DNA of 55,685 bases from Leptolinea sp. GTDB lineage: Bacteria; Chloroflexota; Anaerolineae; Anaerolineales; Anaerolineaceae. Each line of letters starts with the position of its first letter. The stretch's first letter is position 1. A program made the position numbers and the translations under genes. This document shows, one piece after another, positions 47,886 to 55,685 of this stretch. The DNA is taken from positions 1-55,685 of the forward strand of contig JAAYYW010000128.1 of NCBI GenBank assembly GCA_012515195.1, given 5' to 3'. Below the pieces are notes generated by a model that was given only the letters and a program-made list of their open reading frames with translations, ran no database searches and was not told the origin of the DNA.

Positions 47886-49238
47886 TCAGGGTGGGGCGAT
47901 CAGCGTCAGCAAAGGTTTTTTGAGGGTCAAAATAATATGCGGTGTAATTTCCAACGCCGGTTCTTCAGGTTCTTCCGGTGAAACTACGTTGATCAGTACC
48001 CAGAACGCGTTGCTGCCGTTCGGTTGGATACCGAAAATGAAGCTGCCCGGAGCGCGAAGCTTGAAAAAGCCCTGGTATGAACCGGGGTCAGCCGGAGCTT
48101 TCAGGTTGACAGAAATATCCAGGTTACCATTGGGGGGCACGCTGGCATTGGTCAGGGGAATGGCGGCTGGCGCGCCCATGGCGTCACCGCTCTGGAACAC
48201 CAGCCTGTAGTCAGACGTCCAGGTACAGGTTCCAATATTTTGCAGACGCCAGGTCTTTTTGAAGGTTTCTCCCGGCTGGAAGGAGGTATTGTCCGGAACG
48301 GTAATATCAGCCACAAAGGCGGCCAGATTGGTGCAGCCCGCGGGTGAATTCGTCACCGTCATGGTGGGCTGGGATGTGGGTTTGCCGGGCGCTGGGGCCT
48401 TCTTTTCAACAACCATACTTTTGATCATCGCGTCCAGCGAAGCCAGATTGGGGGCGAAAGACCCCGGTTGTTCGGTGTTGATCAGCTTTTGAATATAATC
48501 CACATAGGCGGGATAATCCGCCTTGAATTTTGTGTAGTCGTTTTGCAGGCGTGCAAAGCCGTCATCCCCTTCAAGGGCTTCGTGATTGACCGGCAGTATG
48601 GCGCTGACGTAGTAACCGCCGTCATTGGTCAAACCCTGGAAGGTGTAGAAGAGCCGGCCGTTATCGAACGGCCACGGCTGTTCACCGTATTGCGCGATGT
48701 AGCGAACCCCCGCGCCGTTCTGGAATTTGATGTATTCCGCCCCGGCACGCATCAACTGCGTGGCCGGTTCTCCAAGCAGCATGGGCTGATACCCGTCCGG
48801 TGTGGCCGGTTGTTCGGCGGTCAACCGTTTCAGGGCTTCCACCTGTTTTAGAACTGATTCCCCGCCTATCTCCACAAAATCCTGCACGGCAAAAACGCGG
48901 ATGCGTGGCTGGATCTGGGAGACAACGCTGTATTCTTCAAAATCAAACTGATCCATCTTCGGAGTGATGGGGTTATTGACATCGAGGCTTTTGTCCACCG
49001 CGCGCCCGGTTACTTTCGTGGCGACGGAAGATATGTAATAAAAGGAGATCTCTTCAAATTGCATGAAATGCCGGGTGGGGGGTTCTTCCGTGGGAGTGGG
49101 TTCCGGTGTGTGGGTGGATTCCGCCTGCAATTTGCCTGCCGGATTTTCCCCCGGCAGCACAAAGCCGGAAAGTAATCCAATAGTAAGGGTTCCCATGAAC
49201 AGGATGGAGATCAATTTTCTGGCAAGGGGGGTATTCAT
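47886..49238 (-). CDS. Exported protein with C-terminal NBR1-Ig-like domain
   Basis: N-terminal hydrophobic segment, PT linker, FVADITVPD...FKKTWRLQNIGTCTW...APADPGSY...FWVLINV; start ATG 49238 with GAGGTG RBS. Confidence 0.75.
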   Translation of the reverse strand: MNTPLARKLISILFMGTLTIGLLSGFVLPGENPAGKLQAESTHTPEPTPTEEPPTRHFMQFEEISFYYISSVATKVTGRAVDKSLDVNNPITPKMDQFDFEEYSVVSQIQPRIRVFAVQDFVEIGGESVLKQVEALKRLTAEQPATPDGYQPMLLGEPATQLMRAGAEYIKFQNGAGVRYIAQYGEQPWPFDNGRLFYTFQGLTNDGGYYVSAILPVNHEALEGDDGFARLQNDYTKFKADYPAYVDYIQKLINTEQPGSFAPNLASLDAMIKSMVVEKKAPAPGKPTSQPTMTVTNSPAGCTNLAAFVADITVPDNTSFQPGETFKKTWRLQNIGTCTWTSDYRLVFQSGDAMGAPAAIPLTNASVPPNGNLDISVNLKAPADPGSYQGFFKLRAPGSFIFGIQPNGSNAFWVLINVVSPEEPEEPALEITPHIILTLKKPLLTLIAPP

Positions 49239-49599
49239 AAACACCTCTCTGATAGAAAAAACCTTGCTGGTTTGAAATTCAGCGTGGACTTGCTGTCGAA
49301 CTTCTGTTATTCCGTCAGTGTGAGCGGCTTGCTTGATCCACGCTCCGAAAAAGAGGAACACAATTGAACGTAATCATTTTACTCTTTTGAGGAGCTTCAT
49401 ACTAAACGGTTTGCTTAAAAACGCCTCACAGGAAGCCCCAGGAGCGACGAAAACGACCCCCGAGGTATAAAATGACCTGTGGATTTCACTTGATTTTTAA
49501 TCCGGCTATAATCTCACATACCTATCCAGCAAAAACCAGAATAGAGACCGGCGTAAGCGGAATTAAGCTGCCACATCCTGCCGGGACAGGGATTACTGT

Positions 49600-50529
49600 A
49601 TGTCACGAGATATCAGCAGATTGGAATACCTACGGCGCATTCATTGCGTGCAGGACTATATTGAATCAAAAATTGCCAATCCCTTTACGCTTGAAGAACT
49701 GGCGGAAGTCGCGGGTTTCTCGAAATTCCACTTCCACCGAATTTTCAGCGGAATTACCGGTGAATCCCTTCTGCATTATGTGAACCGCATTAAACTGGAA
49801 CGAGCGGCTGCTGCTCTCGTCCAACGGACAGACTTGTCGGTAACTGATATTGCCTATCAGTACGGGTTTACCGATTCCGCCATATTCTCACGCGCGTTCA
49901 AAAACTACCATGCCGCCAGCCCGAGCGAGTACAGGCGGCAGTTCCGCAAGAATCGCAAAGAAACGGAGGAATCCCCGACGTACAATGGGAACCGTTCAAT
50001 CCGTGATGCGGATAATGATAAGAGAGCGGTCAGCGGCAGGATCGAAATCCTGCCCGTGAAAGACCTGCGGGTGATATATATGCGTTACACCGGTTCGTAC
50101 CAGGGACTGGCTGCTGCGTTCCCGGATCTGCTTTCGAAGCTGTTCGGATTTGCCGGACGGAACAGTCTCTTTGATCCGGGTAAGTCGGCCGTTCTTTCTA
50201 TCTATCATGACAACCCGGGTTTTACCAAAGCCGATCATTTGCGCACCAGCCTTTGTCTCACCATCCCCGCGGACGCGGCAATCCCGCAGGATGACGAGAT
50301 CGGGAACATGTTCATCCCCTCCGGAGATTATGCCATTGGCCACTTTGAGATCGTGCCAGGTGAATATCCCTCGGCCTGGGACTTCATGTATCGTGAATGG
50401 TTGGCGAACAGTCATTACCAGCCGCGGGATTCGCTGCCGTTTGAACTGTACCGCAGCAACCCCGATATCAACCCTGGCGGTAAACAGCAGGTGGACATCT
50501 ACCTGCCGGTTGAACCACTTATTATTTGA
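49600..50529 (+). CDS. AraC-family regulator with C-terminal GyrI-like effector domain
   Basis: LAEVAGFSKFHFHRIF, FSRAFK; SIYHDNP, EWLANS, FELY, DIYLPV. Confidence 0.88.
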   Translation: MSRDISRLEYLRRIHCVQDYIESKIANPFTLEELAEVAGFSKFHFHRIFSGITGESLLHYVNRIKLERAAAALVQRTDLSVTDIAYQYGFTDSAIFSRAFKNYHAASPSEYRRQFRKNRKETEESPTYNGNRSIRDADNDKRAVSGRIEILPVKDLRVIYMRYTGSYQGLAAAFPDLLSKLFGFAGRNSLFDPGKSAVLSIYHDNPGFTKADHLRTSLCLTIPADAAIPQDDEIGNMFIPSGDYAIGHFEIVPGEYPSAWDFMYREWLANSHYQPRDSLPFELYRSNPDINPGGKQQVDIYLPVEPLII

Positions 50530-50550
50530 TCCCTGATTGGAGAAGATTGG

Positions 50551-52959
50551 ATGGAAAATATTGTCATCAAAGGCGCCCGAGTTCACAATCTCAAAAATTT
50601 TGACATTTCCATCCCCAAAAACAATCTGATCGTCGCTACCGGAATCAGCGGCTCAGGGAAATCCAGCCTGGTGTTCGACATCATTTTTGAAGAGGGGCGA
50701 CGGCAGTATTTGCAATCGCTGGGAATACTCGCCGGGTTCAACGAAGAGGATAAATTTGACAGCGTCTCCGGCATTGGACCTACCATCGCCGTTCAACAGA
50801 GTACCATCCGCCAGAGCAATCCGCGTTCGACCGTCGGGTCGCGTACCAACCTGACCAACCGGCTGGTATTGTTGTATGCCGCGGATGGCCGACCGGACTG
50901 CGCGAACTGCGGCACACCGACTGGCGCGGACCTGGTCTGCCCGGCTTGTGGTCATGTGGAGGAGCGGCTGCCGGCCACATTTTTTTCCAATAACTCCCCT
51001 AATGGGATGTGCCTGAAGTGCCAGGGGCGGGGATCCTATTTTGTTATCGATCTGGAAAAACTTGCCCCAGGGGAACGCATGACCCTGAACCAGGTAATTG
51101 ACCATGTGGAGATGTCACCCGGATTCCAGCGGCTTTTCAGGCGGAAATTCGCGGATCACCTGGAAATACCTTTTTATCAGCTTTCCGAAGAAATAAAAGA
51201 TGATTTACTCTATGGTCATTATGTCAGTGGGCGATCCGATAAAACCAGCTCTTGCCTGACCCGAATCTTTCAGGGACGGCTGCGCCGCGGCGAAGACCTG
51301 GGGGGCCTGTACAGCCGGATGATCTGCCCGGAATGTAACGGATACCGCGTGGGCGAAGACGCCCGCCGAGTGAGTATCCACGGACGGCATATCGGTGAGT
51401 TGGGGATGATGACCATCTCCGAATTGCACGGATTTCTTGGATCCCTGATTGGAACGGATGACATCTCCATTTTTGGGAGAAACCAGGTGAATGATATTCT
51501 TCGTAAAACCGGACAGCTTATCCGCTCACGGTTGGGACACCTGACCCTGTACCGTGAAACGCCCACCCTGAGCGGTGGTGAGATCCAGCGGTTGTTCCTC
51601 AATGTTCATCTGGATTCGCGGATGGATTCCCTTATCTATGTTCTGGATGAGCCGACGGTGGGATTGCACGAATCGGAAAAGGCTGACCTGCTGGAATCGG
51701 TGCGGGAATTGAAGGAGATCGGCAACACGGTCATTGTGGTGGAACACGACCGCGGCACGATCGAAATGGCGGACCACATCATCGACATCGGCCCCGGCGC
51801 GGGCTTGCACGGCGGGCGTGTCATATACCAGGGCGGCCTGGCCGGGTTGCTGGACTGTAATGAATCCGTCACCGGGCAGTACCTTTCCGGGCGGAAAGCC
51901 ATGCCGGTACGGGTTCGACTTCCCATTGATGAGGTTGTTCCCCGACTGGTTGTCGGGAACGCGTGCACGAACAACCTGAAAAACCTGACTGTATCATTCC
52001 CGTTGGGACGGATGGTGGGTATTGCCGGTGTCTCAGGGAGCGGAAAAAGCTCGCTGATATCTGATACCCTGCTGCCTCTGGTCAAACACGGCGCACGGAA
52101 CGGTTATCCGAATGTTGATGAAATTAACCTGGATGAGGATGATGAGCCGGATATCGCCCAAACCGTGGCTGACCGCCTGGAGGGAATCTGTTACATCGAC
52201 GGCTACGCGGAGATCTCCCAATCGCCGATCGGACGAAACATGAATTCGACCCCCGCGTCCTATATCGGCATTTGGGACAAGGTCCGCGCCCTGTTCGCCG
52301 CCCAGCCGGAAGCGGTAGAGGCAGGACTGACTGCCGGGCATTTTTCCTTCAATTCAGATGGCGCCTGCGAGACCTGCGGCGGCAGCGGTGTGGAACTCAT
52401 CCGCCTGGGCGGGAACCTGGTGATCGAAAAGACCTGCGCGGGCTGCGGCGGAAAGCGGTTCAACGAAACCGCGCTGTCCGTGTTGTTTCACGGCCGGAAC
52501 ATTCATGATGTGCTGGAAATGAGCGTATCCGAAGCGGCCCTTCTGTTCGCGGATGTCAGGGGAATCGCTTCCCCGCTGCGGGTGATGGACCGCATCGGCA
52601 TGGGATACATCCGCCTCGGGCAGCCCACGCCCACCATCAGCGGCGGCGAAGCGCAGCGCATCAAGCTGGCAAAGGAGATCGGCCGGCGGCGCAAGGGTAA
52701 CATCCTCTACGTACTGGATGAACCCACCACAGGTCTCAGTATGTATGACACGGCGCGACTGATCGAACTTCTGGATGAGCTGGTGACCGCCGGAAATTCG
52801 ATAATTGTCATCGAACACAACACGGATGTCTTGAAAGCCTGTGACTGGATCATCGAGCTGGGTCCGGGCGGCGGCATGGATGGCGGCCGGATCATCGCGG
52901 AAGGAACGCCGGACATATTGAAAAGCAATCCGCATTCCATCACAGGGAGGTATTTATGA
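50551..52959 (+). CDS. UvrA-like ABC ATPase, short class II (UvrA2/DrrC-type)
   Basis: GARVHNLKN, GISGSGKS and GVSGSGKS, LSGGE/ISGGE, zinc fingers. At 802 aa it is shorter than canonical UvrA; no uvrB/uvrC nearby. Confidence 0.85.
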   Translation: MENIVIKGARVHNLKNFDISIPKNNLIVATGISGSGKSSLVFDIIFEEGRRQYLQSLGILAGFNEEDKFDSVSGIGPTIAVQQSTIRQSNPRSTVGSRTNLTNRLVLLYAADGRPDCANCGTPTGADLVCPACGHVEERLPATFFSNNSPNGMCLKCQGRGSYFVIDLEKLAPGERMTLNQVIDHVEMSPGFQRLFRRKFADHLEIPFYQLSEEIKDDLLYGHYVSGRSDKTSSCLTRIFQGRLRRGEDLGGLYSRMICPECNGYRVGEDARRVSIHGRHIGELGMMTISELHGFLGSLIGTDDISIFGRNQVNDILRKTGQLIRSRLGHLTLYRETPTLSGGEIQRLFLNVHLDSRMDSLIYVLDEPTVGLHESEKADLLESVRELKEIGNTVIVVEHDRGTIEMADHIIDIGPGAGLHGGRVIYQGGLAGLLDCNESVTGQYLSGRKAMPVRVRLPIDEVVPRLVVGNACTNNLKNLTVSFPLGRMVGIAGVSGSGKSSLISDTLLPLVKHGARNGYPNVDEINLDEDDEPDIAQTVADRLEGICYIDGYAEISQSPIGRNMNSTPASYIGIWDKVRALFAAQPEAVEAGLTAGHFSFNSDGACETCGGSGVELIRLGGNLVIEKTCAGCGGKRFNETALSVLFHGRNIHDVLEMSVSEAALLFADVRGIASPLRVMDRIGMGYIRLGQPTPTISGGEAQRIKLAKEIGRRRKGNILYVLDEPTTGLSMYDTARLIELLDELVTAGNSIIVIEHNTDVLKACDWIIELGPGGGMDGGRIIAEGTPDILKSNPHSITGRYL

Positions 52960-53996
52960 TAGAGCGGGATTACTGGCCAACAAAGGAATGGAGGTTCACC
53001 GAACCCGAGGACGTGGGTATGGATAGTACCGTACTGGCCGGGCTTGAACCGTTGATCCGCGCCCGGTACTCCAACTTGAACGGGATCCTTATCGTGCGGC
53101 ACGGGTATGTGGTGCATGAACGGTATTACAACCGGACCGGCCCTGATGATGCCCACAATGTGGCTTCCGTAACGAAGAGCGTACTCTCGGCACTGATTGG
53201 CATGGCCGTTGGGGATGGGCTGATCGGGAGCCTGGATGACAAAGTGCTGGACTATTTCCCCGAATATGCTGTCGGATCGGCAGACCGCCAGAAGCAGGCA
53301 ATAACCATTCGAAATCTGTTGACGATGACTGCGCCGTATCCGTTCCCCGACTGGCACGAACCGTTTGACCGGATGCGCCGGCAGCCGAACTGGGTGAAAT
53401 TCGCGCTGGATATGATGGGGCAGGGCGGCCAGATCGGAGTGTTCAAGTATTGCACCTCCGGCGCTCATCTGCTCTCAGCCATCCTGACCCGCGTGACGGG
53501 TAAGAGTGCCCGTGAGTTTGCCAATGAGCGGTTGTTCGGTCCGACCGGAATGCGCCTGATCCCGGATAATCCGGAGCAGGGTTTTTCTCCGGATCACCTG
53601 TACGGGTCCAAGGTGAAGGGATGGCTGCATGACCCGGCAGGATTATCTACAGGCGGGTTTGGACTTACGCTGACCACGCGCGACATGGCGCGCTTCGGAT
53701 TCCTTTACCTGAACGGCGGCCAGTGGGACGGTCACCGGGTGGTACCGGAAGCCTGGGTGAACCAGTCATGGCAACCCGCGGTGGCGGCTTTTGAGAAATT
53801 AAACTACGGCTACCTGTGGTGGCTGGGTGAAGAGGACGGCGTATCCGTCCGATTGGCCACCGGGGACGGCGGGAACATCATCTGTTGTGTGCCGCAATTG
53901 GATCTGGTGGTGGCCGTGGCCTCAAAACTTGTACGCCGTGCCGCCGACCGTATGGAGCTGGTGCGAAAGTTTATGATTCCCGCGGTCAGGGAGTGA
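52956..53996 (+). CDS. Serine hydrolase, beta-lactamase class C/NylB-like family
   Basis: SVTK (SxxK), LLTMT, FKYCT, YGYLWW; ATGA coupling to the uvrA-like gene; no signal peptide. Confidence 0.85.
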   Translation: MIERDYWPTKEWRFTEPEDVGMDSTVLAGLEPLIRARYSNLNGILIVRHGYVVHERYYNRTGPDDAHNVASVTKSVLSALIGMAVGDGLIGSLDDKVLDYFPEYAVGSADRQKQAITIRNLLTMTAPYPFPDWHEPFDRMRRQPNWVKFALDMMGQGGQIGVFKYCTSGAHLLSAILTRVTGKSAREFANERLFGPTGMRLIPDNPEQGFSPDHLYGSKVKGWLHDPAGLSTGGFGLTLTTRDMARFGFLYLNGGQWDGHRVVPEAWVNQSWQPAVAAFEKLNYGYLWWLGEEDGVSVRLATGDGGNIICCVPQLDLVVAVASKLVRRAADRMELVRKFMIPAVRE

Positions 53997-54026
53997 ATCC
54001 CACAAAAAAACTTCATAATAGCGGTC

Positions 54027-54059
54027 AAATGGGTGGGACAATTGCAGTCCCGCCCATTT
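54027..54059 (+). terminator. Stem-loop ending the AraC-UvrA-hydrolase operon
   Basis: AAATGGGTGGGAC/GTCCCGCCCATTT. Confidence 0.65.
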
Positions 54060-54242
54060 GATCGATTTTGAATATGATATAATTTACCCTAGTTCGCAGA
54101 ATGGCGGTATGGCGGGGAAAAAAATTAACAGCATTTTTACTGTCAAAATCCCAGACAATATCATACTTAACATGTTAGAAAAGTTTATTGGGAAATTGCA
54201 GAATAATGGTTCAATACCATTAAAAACTTACTGGAGGGGAAA

Positions 54243-54827
54243 ATGACCCAATTTGTCGCCCTTGTTGAGGGTGTAGAGGTAAATGGTGAAACAGTTTTAT
54301 CGATAGTGGATGGCATGGGGATTCTTAAAGATAAGGCTCTCAAAATACTTTCTGATTATGGAATTGATAACCCCCAACCCGGTCTCTGGTACTCTCAGCA
54401 GGCATGGCTCGATAGTTTCAAACAGATTGCGGCAAAATTCCGGCCGCTGACATTAACCAGTATCGGACGAAAGATACCGGAAAACGCCGTCTTTCCGCCG
54501 GATATAGATGAAATAGGCAAGGCCCTGGCCGCCATCGATGTGGCATACCATATCAATCACCGGATCGACTCTGTCCCGTTGTTCGATCCATCCACCGGAG
54601 TGATGTCCGAAGGTATTGGGCATTATTTTGTGAAATCCACCGGACCGAATTCAGCCATTTTTATTTGTAACAATCCGTACCCCTGTGATTTTGACCGGGG
54701 AATTATCGACGCCATGGCTTTCCGGTATCGGCCAGCGGGTTCAAACAATGTGACTATCACACACGATGATGAGAGTCATTGCCGAAAAAACGGGGGACAG
54801 GAATGCCGGTATATTGTTCGGTGGTAA
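54243..54827 (+). CDS. Conserved hypothetical protein with V4R/H-NOX-like ligand-binding fold
   Basis: WYSQQAWL, IGRKIPE, AYHINHR, CNNPYPCDFDRGII and CRKNGGQECRY; GGAGG RBS. Confidence 0.6.
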   Translation: MTQFVALVEGVEVNGETVLSIVDGMGILKDKALKILSDYGIDNPQPGLWYSQQAWLDSFKQIAAKFRPLTLTSIGRKIPENAVFPPDIDEIGKALAAIDVAYHINHRIDSVPLFDPSTGVMSEGIGHYFVKSTGPNSAIFICNNPYPCDFDRGIIDAMAFRYRPAGSNNVTITHDDESHCRKNGGQECRYIVRW

Positions 54828-54986
54828 AAACAAAGGGTTGATGATGTAACCCGTTCGTATTGGTTGCGAACAGAAGTATTATGTTTGACCATATCCAACT
54901 GGCTCATCAATCAGAACAATACTGGTGATCTTTATAGTTAAAAATATAAAAAAAGATAATTTGTTGCCACAAATTTTTGAATGGCA

Positions 54987-55685
54987 TTACACCCGGTCAA
55001 ACCCGATAAGTTCCGGCAGTTCGCGCAGTGAGCGGATCACCATATGAGTCCGGCAGGTAAGGCGGGCGATGACGTATTCCAATCCGTCGCGGCGGAGCAG
55101 AGCGGTTCGAAGACCCATACCATGGGCGGCGTCACAGTTCGTTTTGCTGTCATCCACATACAGGGCTTCCCGCGGGCTGATGTTCAATTCATGCAGCGCA
55201 GCCTGGAAAAGGCGCGGATCGGGTTTGGCCAGCCCGAGCTGCGTGGATATGACGAAGCTGGAAAAATGGTGGCGCATACCGGCGTGCTGGAAAACATCCT
55301 CCAGCGAAGGCCATGAATCGGCTGCCACGGCCAGTTTGACGCAACTCTCTAACCGGTTGATTGCTTCCATCGCGTCTGGCAGAAATTCAAATTTGCCCGG
55401 GTTGTTCACCATATCTGCCGCGACGGCTTCGATCTGACGGTTCGTGATCTGCAGGCGGGGCAGGCAGGCGAAGAACATCCGGTAGTACTCAATAAAGAGT
55501 TGAAGCTCATCCTCTTTCGTCTGAACCACCGGGTAATCCGCAAGAACCTCCGCCGCCTGGGCGAAGGCGGCGTTGCGTTCGATGTCGTGGTAGGTATCGA
55601 ACCCCCGGGATGGGATGATCTCGAAGAAACGGGGCGGGATGAACCAGTGACCGGTCACCGGACGCACCAGCACCCGGTGGGCTTC
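54987..55685 (-). CDS. HAD-superfamily hydrolase (5' end outside the window)
   Basis: AKPDPRLF and ALYVDDS motifs; the frame is open to the window edge. Confidence 0.78.
   Translation of the reverse strand, partial: EAHRVLVRPVTGHWFIPPRFFEIIPSRGFDTYHDIERNAAFAQAAEVLADYPVVQTKEDELQLFIEYYRMFFACLPRLQITNRQIEAVAADMVNNPGKFEFLPDAMEAINRLESCVKLAVAADSWPSLEDVFQHAGMRHHFSSFVISTQLGLAKPDPRLFQAALHELNISPREALYVDDSKTNCDAAHGMGLRTALLRRDGLEYVIARLTCRTHMVIRSLRELPELIGFDRV

Noticed and set aside
15991-49361. ORF-track N-terminal extensions (15991, 21362, 22167, 26709, 28885, 44195, 49361)
   Set aside because: They overlap neighbouring genes, terminators or promoter regions; downstream starts have an RBS or stop-start coupling.
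50551-52959. Calling this canonical NER uvrA
   Set aside because: It is shorter than canonical UvrA, has no uvrB/uvrC context and sits under an AraC-GyrI regulator; class II fits better, so no symbol was given.

Overview
Bacterial chromosomal window. The gene content (Pro/Thr-linker secreted proteins, NBR1-Ig-domain protein, no outer-membrane export gene) suggests Chloroflexota/Anaerolineae, which is an inference. (1) 1-10.2 kb: L-arabinose catabolism (araA partial, araD, araB), a LacI regulator, and a divergent YtfQRT/YjfF-type sugar ABC transporter with two near-consensus promoters and operator repeats. (2) 10.3-38.4 kb: a large exopolysaccharide/surface-glycan locus with Wzx flippase, Wzy/WaaL-like polymerase, two priming transferases, four GTs, three deacetylase-family genes, a FemAB/GNAT protein and a 3-amino-sugar pathway. 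Its core operon is highly unusual: ParA ATPase, then a PAS-fused Wzc lacking the tyrosine cluster, Wzy, a PelD-like 4-TM degenerate GGDEF (RxxD) receptor, and a BcsB-like protein with no BcsA. This looks like a hybrid of a Wzx/Wzy-dependent pathway and the accessory/c-di-GMP parts of synthase-dependent (Bcs/Pel) systems. The locus is bracketed by two paralogous polysaccharide-lyase-like domains. (3) 38.4-55.7 kb: accessory genes, including Crp, ArsR, MarR and AraC regulators with targets, a second degenerate GGDEF, and an AraC-GyrI/UvrA2/serine-hydrolase putative resistance operon. No rRNA, tRNA, CRISPR or transposase was seen. All calls come from manual motif reading; no database search was run.
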